Source of the DNA: Octopus vulgaris
Lineage: Eukaryota
DNA: 64,000 nucleotides
Assembly: GCA_951406725.2 (NCBI GenBank)
Contig: OX597814.1
Span: forward strand, 2,170,001 to 2,234,000
Direction: 5' to 3'
A program made the position numbers and the translations under genes. Each line of letters opens with the position of its first letter. Positions within the stretch are counted from its first letter, which is position 1. Shown one piece after another: positions 14,169 through 29,840 of the stretch. The notes under the pieces were generated by a model. The model was not told where the DNA came from. It searched no databases and saw only the letters and a list, made by a program, of their open reading frames with translations.

Positions 14169-14345
14169 TTTTTGTTCTTTTCTTCCCTTTTACGATCCCT
14201 CTTGATCGAAAACCGACGCCACCCCCTTTTTTTTGTTTCTTTTGTTTTTTGTTTTTTTCATCCCCCAAAAGAAAAGCTCTACCTTGTAATTTGTTCTATC
14301 TGTGTGCAGCCCTCTGTGACCAATAAAGAAACATATCTATCTATC
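13925..14345 (+). repeat. Tandem ~180-bp repeat (2 full units + 1 partial)
   Basis: acgatccctnttgatc occurs three times; aaaagaaaagctctaccttgtaatttgttctatctgtgtgcagccct...aataaagaaacatatctatc occurs twice. Confidence 0.85.
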
Positions 14346-14608
14346 TATCTATATTTCTATCTATCTATCTATCTATATCTATATCTATATATCTATATAT
14401 ATATATATATATATATAGTACATATATACACATGCACTGTTTTAAGTCAATTTATTATACGCATCTATTCATGTGTTTACATGTGTAATCATATGTCTGA
14501 TGTATATATTAATGTATATGTAGATGGGAACATCGTTTTTGTGTAGAATCTTCAAAATAAATATATAAGGCCACCGACAATTGCACATGCACCCATGCAG
14601 AACTTTAT

Positions 14609-14657
<49 letters not shown>

Positions 14658-14730
14658 ATTATTAATATTAGGGAGGTTAGTTATTTATATATATGTATAT
14701 ATATTCTCTTTTATTTATTTATTTTTTTTC

Positions 14731-15144
14731 TCTTTTACTTGTTTCAGTCATTTGACTGCGGCCATGCTGGATCACCGCCTTTTAATCGAGCAACTCGACC
14801 CCGGGACTTATTCTTTTGCAAGCCCAGTACTTATTCGATCTGTCTATTTTGCCGAACAGTTAAGTAACGGGGACATAAACACACCAGCATCGGTTGTCAA
14901 GCAATGCTAGGGGCACAAACACAAACACAGACACACAAACACACACACACATACATACATATTGATATATATACATATATACGACAGGCTTCTTTCAGTT
15001 TCCGTCTACCAAATCCACTCACAAGGCATTGGTCGGCCCGGGGCTATAGCAGAAGATACTTGCCCAAGATGCCACGCAGTGGACTGAACCCAGAACTATG
15101 TGGTTGGTAAGCAAGCTACTTACCACACAAGCCACTCCTGCGCC
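14731..15144 (-). mobile_element. SINE family A, full length
   Basis: Homologous to 10651-11080. Confidence 0.92.
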
Positions 15145-15162
15145 TACATACATATATGTATG

Positions 15163-15236
<74 letters not shown>

Positions 15237-15538
15237 ACACATATATTTGTGTGAGGGAGTAGGGTGCACATGTATGCATATGCATATATAATCACTTATA
15301 TAAATGCAGTTGCAGCTGCATCTCTATAATACAATATATAAACAACATCTGTCACACACGCACTTTAAATATAATTAAGTATATGCATGTATATAGATAT
15401 GTATATATATATATATGCTTGTGTGTGTGCGCCTGTGTGTATATATGTATATATATATGTGTATGTATGTATACATACATATATATATATATATAGTTAT
15501 ATATACATATTTATATAGAGAGAAAGATAGATAGATAA

Positions 15539-15616
<78 letters not shown>

Positions 15617-15662
15617 TTGTAGACATGTACATGAATGGATGGGTAGATATATATTTAATGAT

Positions 15663-15835
15663 AGGAGTAGCTGTGTGGTAAGTGGCTTCCTTACCAACCA
15701 CATGGTTACGGGTTCAGTCCCACTGCGGAGCACCTTGGTCAAGTATTTTCTACTATAGACTCGGGCCGACCAAAGACTTGTGAGTGGACTTGGTAGACAG
15801 AAATTGAAAGTAACATGTCGTATATATATGTATAT

Positions 15836-15868
<33 letters not shown>

Positions 15869-15878
15869 TATATATACA

Positions 15879-15945
<67 letters not shown>

Positions 15946-16170
15946 ATATATGTGTGTGTGTGCGTGTGTGTTTGTTCCCCCTTCTATCGATTGACAGCCG
16001 ATGTTGGTGCGTTTACATCCCCGTAACTTAACGTTTCGGTAAAGAGATACGATAGATTAATTACTAGGCTCACAAAAATCAGTCCTGGGGTCGACTTGTT
16101 CGACTAAAGGTGTTTGCTCCAGCAAGGCCGCAGTCCACTGACTAAATCTAATTGAGGAATAACAAAAGAG
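15663..16170 (+). mobile_element. SINE family A with expanded internal microsatellite
   Basis: ggagtagctgtgtggtaag...gggtcgacttgttcgactaaagg. Confidence 0.88.
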
Positions 16171-16289
16171 TATACACATTAAATATGTATTCACATATAC
16201 GTTATGTAATCGTATGTATGTATATATATATATATATATACATAGCGATAATAATTAATTTTATTGTATCGCATTTGACTTTGTTTGTG

Positions 16290-16553
<264 letters not shown>

Positions 16554-17003
16554 ATATAACCTATATGCGTAAGGTGTTTATACTAGATCTATGTGTATAA
16601 ACGTGTTTATGTGTCTATATAAAAAGAATTATAGTTTCCGTTGGTGCTATTTAGTCCTTAATCCTCTGTGATTCCCACTTTTCTCAACTCTAATTACCCG
16701 AAAAATAACGAAGCCGTCTGTAGTTGAAATAAACTTATTCATGAATGACAGACTTTCGGGAGGCTGGGGTTAGATAACCTTAATGATTGTGATTCAGGGG
16801 TAGATTGATATTAGATGAGGTGATAATACTTAAGAAATGGATATATCATTTCTAACACATGCCCCTGTGGCAAATAAAGCGATTATCATCATAATCATCA
16901 TTACTTCCTTCAAGTTCTTCTCCTCCTCAATATTTTAATATTCTTAATATTATCAATAATGATGATAATGATGATGATGATGATGATAACGATATCTTTA
17001 GTC

Positions 17004-17082
<79 letters not shown>

Positions 17083-17245
17083 TAATAATAATAATGGTGA
17101 TGCTGATAACGACGACGACAATGATGATGGCGATGATGATGTTGACAGTGATGATGATGATGATGTTAAAATGCATTATTATATAAAAATGATACATTTT
17201 TTCTAAAGCATATATGTTTCAAAATAAGCTTTATTGTATCTCCAT

Positions 17246-17340
<95 letters not shown>

Positions 17341-17391
17341 GTATATATTTTATAATAACTGAAGACCCATTATTCCCAAAACCTACATACA

Positions 17392-17422
<31 letters not shown>

Positions 17423-17821
17423 GTATGTATACATATAGATATTTGTATAAATATATACACGCACATGTATATATATAAACACATGTATATATACATATAT
17501 ATATATGTATAAACACACACATGTATATATATTTGTATGTAATGTGTATTTATTTTTATTCTCTTACTAGATTCGCTCAAATGACTACGGCCATGGTAAA
17601 ACAATACCATAAAAATGTACCTGAAACTTTCATACACACACACACACGCATACACAAACCAGCACACACGCATTTGTATACACACATACTTAAATATGAG
17701 TTTGTGTGTGTGTGTGTGTGTAGAATGTTAGTCATAGATGCATGAATTTGTAACTATGAAACATTAGCTGCACATGCACCACTCAACACACACACACACA
17801 CACACGCATATATACACACAC

Positions 17822-17855
<34 letters not shown>

Positions 17856-17900
17856 ATCTGTGTATATACGTATACATACCTATATATGTATATATATTAT

Positions 17901-18102
<202 letters not shown>

Positions 18103-18455
18103 CGCATGTGAACATAATGTACTTTTGCTTGCATACACATATACACCTTATATATACGCACATACTGAATTTCCCGCATACATTTTCATGCACACACACA
18201 CACACACACGCACGCACTGACACACACATATACATTGAGAGAGATACACCCTCTAACACACATACACACGCACACACACACACCCATATGCATGCACACC
18301 CTCAGACATGTCTCTGTGTACTTTCACACCATCCTATGAAACGTGTGTGTTTGTTGGTGAGGATTAATACATCAGGTATCATCCGAAAAACTTCCTATGG
18401 CTTTGTGTCGGCTACAACGTCAGACAGATGGCGCTGCAGATTACGACTGTACGGC

Positions 18456-18496
<41 letters not shown>

Positions 18497-18885
18497 ACAC
18501 GCATGCACGCACTAGATCCGTAACGCAAATACACAACAGAAACAACACAATCAAACACACACACACACACACACACACATAGCGAGGCTCCCGCACCCAC
18601 GCATATATCCTCACATCTAAACATCCATGGAACACAATTCTTCATACAAATACGCACCTTCGTGTCCCTGGCTCATATCACAATGTCCGTTAGAAAAACG
18701 CGCCCTCACATGTACACACTTACACACACACACACACACGTACACACGCATACTAACACACGCGCGCACACATATTTACACAAAGTCTGTTTCGCTGTCT
18801 CCGTATCTATGCATAACATTGTAACGCACGGACGCAGGGAATACGTGATTTCTCAACACTCACATGCGCACTATTGCACAGAAAT

Positions 18886-18919
<34 letters not shown>

Positions 18920-19073
18920 TTTATATATATATAGATAGATACGTATATACTTATATCTCTCTCCCTACACAACCATATACATATGCCTATGTACATATAT
19001 ATTTATATATAAGTATATATAATATATATGTATGAATGTATCTATTTATCTACATATAATATATATATGTATA

Positions 19074-19214
<141 letters not shown>

Positions 19215-19227
19215 ATGAATATATATA

Positions 19228-19633
19228 GGCGCAACAGTGGCTGAGTGATAAGTGGATTCCTTACCAGCCAAATGATCCTGGGTTCAGTCCCACTGTGTGG
19301 TACCTTGGGCAAGTGTCTTCTACTGTAGCCTCAGGCCGGCCAAAGCCGTGTGATTGGATTTGGTAGACGGAAACTGGAATATATATAATGTATGTATATA
19401 TATATGTATGTGTGTGTATACATTTGTGTGTCTGTGTTTGGCCCTCTCACCATCGATTGACAACCGATGCTGATGTGTTTATGTCCCTTTAACTTAGCAG
19501 TTCTGCAAAAGCGTCCGATAGAATACGTACTAGGCTTACAAAGAATAAGCTCTGTGGTCAAATTGCTCGACTAAAGGCGGTGCACCAGCATGGCCGCAGT
19601 CAAATGACTGAAACAATAAAAGAATAAAAGAAT
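19228..19633 (+). mobile_element. SINE family A, full length
   Basis: Homologous to 28285. Confidence 0.9.
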
Positions 19634-19741
19634 AAATATATATATATAGGGAGAATTTACGGAAAAAACAACAAAAGACGAAGACAGGTGGTGTACAAAA
19701 CAAACAGATGTATTAGTATAACGCTCAGGAATAGAAAAAGT

Positions 19742-19777
19742 CTTTGACGTTTCGAGCCTGCGCTCTTCTACAGAAAG
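19742..19777 (-). ncRNA. Minimal hammerhead-like motif (A6U core) in short element ~19648-19840
   Basis: CUUU-CUGUAGA-a-GAGC(gcag)GCUC-GAAAC-GUC-AAAG. Confidence 0.55.
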
Positions 19778-20746
19778 GGACACAGAAAAAAACAAGGAGA
19801 GAAATAAGGATAGAAAAAAATGAGAGAAAAACAAAACACTTATGTATGTATGTATGTATGTATGTATGTATGTTTGTATGTATGTATGTATGTATGTATG
19901 TATGTATGTATGTATGTATGTATGTATGTATGTATGCATGCATGTATGTAAGTATGTATGTATGCATATATCTGTCTGTCTGTCAGTCTATCTACATATA
20001 ATATATACGCACACACATATCTATCTCTCTATCTCTCTATCTCTCTATCTATCTATCTATCTATCTATCTATATATATATACATACATATGTATTACACA
20101 CATGCACACACGCACACATATACTTGTGTGTACATATATAGAGCAACACACACATAAGGACAAATAGGTAACTCTATATTGCTCATATACATATACTGTT
20201 ATATGTTGCTGTATATAGACATATGCGTGTGTGTGTGTGTGTGCGTTTCTGTGTGTGTGTGTTAATATTTACGACTCAACTACTATTTTCATAAACTATT
20301 TCATGTTTTAATCTTTACACATTGAAAACTAAACTATAAAATATTCCATGCTTAATGCTTAGAAGTTGCATCGAAATAAAACACATTCCCCACGAAGTAA
20401 TTCCTGTTACTTCGAAACTTTTACTCTTAAATTCATTTATTTTATTTTACTCACTCCGTAAAGTAAATGTAAATTGATTTGACTTTAGAATTTTGTTTAG
20501 TAGTTTTATATAAAGAAAGCGACCTTAAAATTAAACGATTTGTGACCAAATGAAATAAAATGTTTTCGTCAGGTTTGTTATTTTTTAAATACTTCAAATG
20601 TACTTTAATTTTACCTCGAGGAAGTACTAAATCACTGGTGGAGGCATTTGTGTCCTTGTTGCTCGTTTCAACGTTGTTCTGTTGCTGGAAGCACCAAATT
20701 CTAGCAAAATACTTTTAGGTTAGCCTCTCTCTCTATATATATATAC

Positions 20747-21271
20747 GTAGAGGCACATGGCCTAGTGGTTAGAGCAGCGAACTCGCGGTCGAGGGATTCG
20801 AGGTTCGAATCTCAGACCTGGCGATGTGTGTGATTATGAGCGAAACATCTAAGCTCTACGCGGTAATGGCGAACTTCTGCTGATTCTTTCGCCACAACTT
20901 TCTGTCACTCTTTCCTCCTGCATCTTGCAGCTCACCTGCGATGGACCTGCGTCTCGTCCAGGTGGGGAACCTATACGCCAAGGAAACTTTTAGGAAACCG
21001 GCCCTTGTGTGCCAGACGTGGCTCGAGAATGAACAAACAACAAACAACTATACATATCGAAACACCTAAGCTCTACGCGGTAATGGCGAACTTCTGCTGA
21101 TTCTTTCGCCACAACTTTCTGTCACTCTTTCCTCTTGCATCTTGCAGCTCACCTGCGATGGACCTGCGTCTCGTCCAGGTGGGGAACCTATACGCCAAGG
21201 AAACTAGGAAACCGGCCCTTGTGTGCCAGACGTGGCTCGAGAATGAACAAACAACAAACAACTATACATAT
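20747..21271 (+). mobile_element. SINE family B tail type 2 with tandem duplication of its 3' ~215 bp
   Basis: 20842-21058 is nearly identical to 21059-21271. Confidence 0.88.
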
Positions 21272-21289
21272 CCACATATACATGTATAG

Positions 21290-21441
21290 CCGCAGGCGTG
21301 GCTGTGTGGTAAGGTAAGAAGCTTGCTTCCCAACCACTTGGTTCTAGGTTCAGTCCCACTGTGTAGCGCCTTGGGCAAGTGTCTTCTACTATAGCCCCGG
21401 GCCGTCAAAAGCCTTGTGAGTACATTTGGAAGACGGAAACC
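21290..21441 (+). mobile_element. SINE family A, 5' half
   Basis: gcaggcgtggctgtgtggtaag...gacggaaac; ends next to the transposon end. Confidence 0.85.
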
Positions 21442-21453
21442 CACTGACACATT

Positions 21454-22565
21454 CAGGGTGCGTCAGAATATTTGAGGCTATTTGTATGAATTTAGAAAAA
21501 GTCGCATAGCTATAGAAGAAGAGGTGTAATTGAAAACAACATGGTGCAAATAATTTTTAGAATCCTTTTATCTCATCTATTTCGATGGCTGCTGCAATAC
21601 GAGGTCGGAAGCGCTGACATGCCCGAATCAGATGATCTTAGTTAACTTTTGACAAGGTGCTGGTTATGAGGGATTGAATGATGTTATGGTAGAGTTGCTT
21701 GACTTTTCACTTGACTACGTGCCATACGTAATGATCCAGTGGATTGAGGTCTGGTGAGCAAGGAGGCCATGTGCCTGGGAGAATATGATCAGGAAGATCA
21801 GCAAGCAGCGACGCTTGGATTGTGCTAGCCTTATGAGACCGCACAGACTTCTTGTTGGTAGACGTTCAATCTTCAGCTGCATACTCTGTCTATCCAGGGC
21901 CTCACAACTTTCTACATCTCGGTGTAGACAGCAGCATTGACTCTTAAACACTTTAAAAAAAAAAAAAAGTGATTAGGCATGGCATCGTTGCTGACGACTC
22001 CCAGAGTCATCACAGCTGCTGGGAACTTAGTATGCATGACTGTTGGAACCCCATTCGGGTCTATACATAGCCCTTTGCCGTTCCTTCGGTTTACCATTTG
22101 GTCCTGATGGAAGACATTTCTGATCGGAGAAAAACCAGAGCATACCAGCCTCTTTGTATTTCTGACTTCTTTCGCAAGCGCTTTACACAGATCGACCGAT
22201 TCTCTGTTGTCATCTCTAACGTAAACTGATCCCACCCTCCGCATCACTTACGATTTGTATCGGATGCTTTCAAGCACAACTCTTTTGATGATACATTCTA
22301 AAACCTTGAGATCCTTTGCCATAGCTGTGATTGCCTTTCCGGGGTTTTTATTTGTTGGAAATTTGGTACTATTCTATGTGTTCTGATATCAGAACCTTGT
22401 ATATAGGTTTAGCGTTTAGCTGTTCATGTTGGGTCCCCGTCAGCGTTTTCAGTTCCTTTTGGACATTGACGACAAAGGATCAACCAGCTAACAGGAAGTA
22501 AGCTACCTATGTATCACTATGCTGCCCTTTCTCGGCAATGATTACAGCACGCTTTTTCATTGGCT
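21454..22565 (-). mobile_element. Decayed Tc1/mariner transposon, probably DD37D (maT)-like
   Basis: Minus-strand peptides PTVMHTKFPAAVMTLGVVSND and DLNPLDHYVW; terminal cagggtgcgtc; related to 61426-62247. Confidence 0.8.
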
Positions 22566-22753
22566 GAATCAGATATTATATATTTGAAAAGTAAGGTGAA
22601 CAAAAAAGTCAGAAGAAAGCGGGAGCTCTTGAAAGAAAAGAACCCAAAAAACAAAAATAAAACTGTTGCTCTCTGTGTATACAGTGTACAGCAAAAAAAA
22701 AAATAAAAAATAAATAATAATAATAATAATAATAATGAACTGCTCTCTCACTC

Positions 22754-22799
<46 letters not shown>

Positions 22800-22847
22800 T
22801 CGAAAAATACCTTAGGAATGAGAACCCATGTTCGAAATTTCCCCAAG

Positions 22848-22891
22848 ACACCTGATGAAGGCCGGAGGGTATATCAGCCAAAATGTTGTGT
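22848..22891 (+). ncRNA. Degenerate hammerhead motif in (AAT)n-associated element ~22798-22920
   Basis: ACAC-CUGAUGA-a-GGCCG...CAGCC-AAAA-u-GU-U-GUGU (G12 lost); sister copy at 59219. Confidence 0.5.
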
Positions 22892-24249
22892 TAACAACAA
22901 ACAAAATGAGGAAAAATATTCTCACTTGGTCACTTTGTCACTTTGTTAGTGACCGGCCTGAATTGAACAAAGACATCCTGCTCCATAAATGAAACCTGAA
23001 TAAGCACATGCACAAAGACACACACACACACACAGACAGACAGATAGACATACAGACAGACAGGCATACACACATGTGTAAATAAGTGCTGAGTGGGAAT
23101 TTATGATTTGACACCTTACTACGCTAGTTGTGTGTATCAGCTTTCATTTTCTCTCCTCTTTCTTCCTTCTCAGCCTTGAATTAAAAAAAGCATCCTAAAG
23201 AGTTGGCAATGAGCAGCGAAACCGACAGAATTGTTCTTTCATTTTTCCAGGAACAACCTTGGGATTTTATTAATCCAGCCAGATTAGTTTTTTCTCTCTG
23301 GTCAAACACAAAACGAATTTAGCGATATATTTCATTGTCACGCAGTATTGAGTCCTTCAATCTGTAAATATGTGTCGTTATTTCAAAATAGGACTTAAAT
23401 TATAACTTAAATCTAGCACACACACACACACACACACATACACAAACAAACACACACACACACAAACAAACTCACACACACACACACACTCACAGACTGG
23501 CGCGCGCAGTCATACACATATATTTAGAAAGATAAATTGTTAAAGTAGATATAGATTTATATCGTCAAATTCACACACACACACTCACACACACAAACAT
23601 GCGCACAGATACAGATACACAACAGATACAGATACACAGATACACACAGATACACACACACACATACGCACACATGTATATGGTTCTGTATAAATTTACG
23701 CAAGCATGATATACATACATACCTACATACATACATACATACATACATACATACATACATACATACATACATACATACATGCATACATATTTACCCTGAT
23801 TGGTCAAAACAAACCTGTTAATGCAGATCAGGATACAGAACTCATCTGTTTCACCGATCATAGCCAGCTCTTTAGGATTTGGTTATTTAATCAGGTGTAT
23901 AGACAGAGTTAGAGAGAGGGGGAAAGAGAGGAGAGAAAGTAGGGAACAGAGAGAGAGAGAGGGGAAGAGAGAGAGAGGGGAAGAGAGAGACGAGGATGTG
24001 GGTGTAGGCGGGGAGCAGTGTGGTTTCATTACGATGTTCTTAACTCAGTCAGCTGACGATTATTTAATAAAAGTACACATGTAAATTTCTTTATAAACTT
24101 AAACATAAACATACCACCGCGTATATCTCTCTACCCCTCTCCCTCCCCATCTCATTCTCCCTCTGAATTCATAAAAAAAACAAAAGACAAAGACAGGTAT
24201 CTAAACAACAAACAGATGTATTAGTTTAACGCTCGGGAAGTGAGAAAGT

Positions 24250-24285
24250 CTTTTACATTTCGAGCCTACGCTCTTCGATAGAAAG
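24250..24285 (-). ncRNA. Degenerate hammerhead motif in short element ~24165-24310 (family of 19742)
   Basis: CUUU-CUAUCGA-a-GAGC(guag)GCUC-GAAA-u-GUA-AAAG. Confidence 0.4.
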
Positions 24286-24431
24286 GAACAGAAAGAAACA
24301 GGGAGAGATAATATATATATATACACACACATGTACAAAATATACTGACCACTGAAAAAAAAGAAAATTTTATAAAAAATATTTTTGATATTTTTTAAAA
24401 ATATATATTTTAATATTAATATTTACCCTAT

Positions 24432-24490
<59 letters not shown>

Positions 24491-24499
24491 ACGCATATA

Positions 24500-24655
24500 T
24501 ACGACGAGCTTCTTTCGGTTTCCGTCTACTAAATTCACTCACAAGGTTTTGGTCAGTCTGAGGATATAGTTGGAAACAATGGCACAAGGTGCCACGCAAT
24601 GAGGCTGGAACCATATGATTGGGAAGCGAGCTTTTTATCATGCTGCCACGCCTGC
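24500..24655 (-). mobile_element. SINE family A, 5' half
   Basis: cgacgagcttctttcggtttccgtctac...gccacgcctgc. Confidence 0.8.
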
Positions 24656-25089
24656 ATATATTATATATATATATATATATACCTTGCTGTCTATTTATAT
24701 ATCTCTCTGTCTATCTATCTATATATGGGTATCAGATATAAATAAAACGAAACCAGGTTCTAAATTCTCACTGTAAGCCTTTCTCTGTCGTATTAACTTA
24801 CAATCCTTCCCGTTGATCCCCTGATACTTCCAAAAGACTATTGAAATGTTCATTCAAGCGAAAGGTGGAAGTGGAGAGAGAAGAGACGAATAGGAAGAGA
24901 GACAGATTGACTATAGACACCAAAGTCATTCGATACGTAGTTTTCATCGAATATCTTCAGTCCCGGAAGCATAGTTAACCCATTGATGACCATAATACGT
25001 CATCCTACCGCTTGCTAATACTAGACCGAGGAAAAAGTTCGTGCGCTGTGTTAAAATAATGAACTGAATGAACACACACCACAAAAATA

Positions 25090-25388
25090 TTTATATATAA
25101 AATTGAAGTTGTGTGTGTGAGACTCTGCTCCGATTTAGATTCCTAACTACTCCCACATTTTGTGGTGCAGTTTAACCAAAAGCGGGTATCTTATAGTCGT
25201 CATTCATATCGAGCCCTTCTGGGTATTAGCGCGCGTCTACGATGAGTCTACGATTTTAAAAAAATTACCATCATTTTTCCGCATTTTAAATGATTTTTGT
25301 TCGGGTTATATAAGGAAAGTAACTCTCTAAAAATGCTTATCTAGTTATTTCCCTTACAAACCCGAGCAACGTCGGGCGATACTGCTAG
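25090..25388 (+). mobile_element. Non-autonomous Helitron-like element
   Basis: 5' ttatatataaaa (TC start altered); 3' subterminal hairpin cccgagcaacgtcggg (25361-25376), then CTAG followed by T. Confidence 0.75.
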
Positions 25389-26129
25389 TATATTTTAAAA
25401 AGCATTATTTTAACACGGCGCACGAACTTATTCCTCATCTTAATATTATTCCTCGCAAGAACCATGTCGAAAAACGTACTCATCGAGAGTTAAACTGGAA
25501 GGAAATATTGATTTAGAAACGCCTATGTAGTATGATGTAGTTTCACGTGAACAAAAATAAGGCGTATTTCAGCTGAAATGTATGTATGTAGAAAAATATG
25601 TTTCATTTGTCCAGTGCGAATTCGATACATTCCTTTACATTGTACAACTTTTCTATTCTTATTAATTTATACAATTTCATAAGTAACAGCACAAATGTAG
25701 CAACAAGTAATACGGGACACACTGCAATAAAAATCCGTCGTACACGTTTCACGTACAGAGAGATAACAATAAGACTGCTGTGACGTTTCGAAGGTAAGTC
25801 CTTCATCAAAAGAATCTGAGAAGAATAACGAGGTACAACAGAAAGATAGAAAAGAAAAGGTGCTGAGAAGTCGTAAATATCTAAGATCGATATTCAAACC
25901 CTTGTGTTCATCAATCACACATTCCTTCATAAATCCTGGAGTAATCACGCCATGGGTTTGTCCCCTCGAGACCCCACTGCCTTCTCCTCACAAGGTTATT
26001 ACTAACACGAACAAAATGGCAAATGGCGTTTACTAAATTTTACAAAATCAAAGATTTTCAGTCAGCTCAGAAATACATATTTTTACACGCACACTCACAT
26101 ACACACACACACACATACATACACACACA

Positions 26130-26161
<32 letters not shown>

Positions 26162-26451
26162 TACATTACAAATTTGTACAACGTCCTAGTGCTTAATCAT
26201 CAGTCCATCTACATCTGGATGTGCATATATCTGCATCTATCTGCATCTATCTTTATACTAATTTGTGCATAGATACACACACACACACACAAGCTGAGTA
26301 TTCTGTCATAGTCTTACCTAATCAGAAAACGTGTTGGAAGCCAGCAATTTTTTGAGTGACAGTTGTCTACTGTAAAATGGAAGTAAACATTACAATGACG
26401 AAATGTTAAATTATACGAATGCAATTACATGTCATATGAGGAGAATGTGTA

Positions 26452-26499
<48 letters not shown>

Positions 26500-26897
26500 G
26501 AGGGAGAGAGAGAGAGAACAAAAACTTAAAAGAAGGAGCCTGATGGAGACAGGGTGTAGTAGATTTGTCGATCTATAAGTTGATTTATTTCTCGTAGCAA
26601 ATAAAAATTTTGTGATTATTTATAGCCGAAAACTTCGTCGCTAGGACGCAGGTTTCGAAAATCAAATCCATTTTCCTGAGGACGCACCATGTTGAGCCTT
26701 TCCATGACACATTGGAATATCTACACTCATGTACTTATGTGTGTGTATGTGTGTGTGTGTTTGTGTGTGTGTTTGTGTTGGTGTGTGTTTGTATACACAC
26801 ACAAACCTGTTACCAGTTCAAACATGTTTGAAGAAAATTCGGACCCATAAGAAAGCAAATCAATGTATTTTATCATGACAAAAATTTCTTGTTGCAG

Positions 26898-27075
26898 GCA
26901 GATAGATGCAGTCATTGTACGATGATCTCTCTGTCAATTCAGTCGGCAGCGTCTGATTTTCAGAAGTCTGGTGCCGATGAGGAGATAACAACGCCGAATA
27001 GCATGCATCCATTAGTCTGTTTAGGGAGTGGTGTGAACTGTGTACAGCAACGGATTTTCTCCATGACAAAATACG
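26898..27075 (+). other. Candidate internal exon of an unidentified gene
   Basis: tttcttgttgcag acceptor, G|gtgaat donor, 178 nt, only one stop-free frame (ADRCSHC...SMTKY); no recognisable domain. Confidence 0.25.
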
Positions 27076-27745
27076 GTGAATGTTTTTATGTATGTATGTA
27101 TGTATGTATGTACGAATGTATGTATGTATATCTATTCATGTGTATATATTAATGTGTATGTATGTATATGTATTCATATGTATATATTTATGTGTATTTA
27201 TGTGTATATAGGTGTATATGTATATATTTATATATGTCTATCTATCTACCTATAATCATACATACATTCATACATACATACATACATACATAATACATAC
27301 ATACATACATACATACATACATACATACATAATACATACATACATACATTCATACATACATACATAATACATACATACATACATAATACATACATACATA
27401 CATAATACATACATACATACATACATAATACATACATACATACATACATACATACATACATACATACATACATACATACATAATACATACATACACACAC
27501 ACATACATACATACACACATACACACACACACACACACATACAGAAAGTAGATGATGATTTCATAATTTCGAACAACGCTTCACAAGTAATATATATATA
27601 CAACGATACATGACAACATGTATTGAATCATATAATAAATGTGTGTAAGCAATTTTTCTCTCTAACCTGTTGTATATTTTAATCAAAGCTCACCTACAGA
27701 CATATACAATGCATAATTATACAAGTCGACAATATCTATAAATGG

Positions 27746-27776
<31 letters not shown>

Positions 27777-27938
27777 CATATTGATGCATATGTGTGTGTG
27801 TGGGTGTATGTTATAAATATGTATGTGTGCGTTGAAGTGTACGGAACCAATTTTAGATAAATCTAATCTTATCCGTTTGCCATCGTCGTGTCGCTGACAA
27901 GCGTGACGTCGTTGCTGTTGGTTCTCTCGGCTGCTTTC

Positions 27939-27996
<58 letters not shown>

Positions 27997-28284
27997 TGAT
28001 AATGATAATAAACTCCGATTTTGTTGATATTTCAAAATGAAAAGAATGAGAGAAGCGTGTGGTATGATGGCAAAGATTTAGGTGTCGGGCTACTTAGTGC
28101 AAGTGTTAGGTGACAATTGCACACACATCTGTACAAGTCTATAAATCTACGGTTGTTTATTTGTAAACACTACATTGTTATAGTAATTACATCCACGAAC
28201 ACACACACACACACACACACAAATATTGTATGTGTGTGTACATATATGTATATATATTATATATATATATGATAACCAACAATA

Positions 28285-28692
28285 GGCGCAGGAGTGGCTG
28301 TGTGGTAAGTAGCTTGCTAACCAACCACATGGTTCCGGGTTCAGTCCCACTGCGTGGCATCTTGGGCAAGTGTCTTCTGCTATAGCCCCGGGCCGACCAA
28401 TGCCTTGTGAGTGGATTTGGTAGACGGAAACTGAAAGAAGCCTGTCGGATATATGTATATATATATATATATATGTGTGAATGTGTGTGTTTGTGTGCCT
28501 GTGTTTGTCCCCCTAGCATTGCTTGCCAGCCGATGCTGGTGTGTTTACGTCCCCGTCACTTAGCGGTTCGGCAAAAGAGACCGATAGAATAAGTACTGGG
28601 CTTACAAAGAATAAGTCCCGGGGTCGATTTGCTCGACTAAAGGCGGTGCTCCAGCATGGCCGCAGTCAAATGACTGAAACAAGTAAAAAGAG
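28285..28692 (+). mobile_element. SINE family A, full length, young
   Basis: Nearly identical to 44845-45289 outside the microsatellite. Confidence 0.93.
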
Positions 28693-28809
28693 TTATTATG
28701 CGTGAATTTTCACCTGACGCCTCCACGAAGAAGTCTTATTAGGATAGCCACCAACACTTAAATCTTTGCCTTTATACCACTCGCTTCACTTGGCAGTTTA
28801 TTATTATTA

Positions 28810-29716
<907 letters not shown>

Positions 29717-29734
29717 CATTATTATTATTATTAC

Positions 29735-29778
<44 letters not shown>

Positions 29779-29840
29779 GTCGAAAACAAAGTACCAGTCA
29801 AGTACTGAGGTCGATGGTATTGGCGCACTCAAAAGAAAAA

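Noticed and set aside
23160-23320. Two strong splice-acceptor-like polypyrimidine-AG sites
   Set aside because: No good downstream donor or sustained frame
25779-25812. Minus-strand UUGAUGA...GAAACGUC
   Set aside because: Stem I absent and 3-8 pair is a wobble; not counted as a hammerhead
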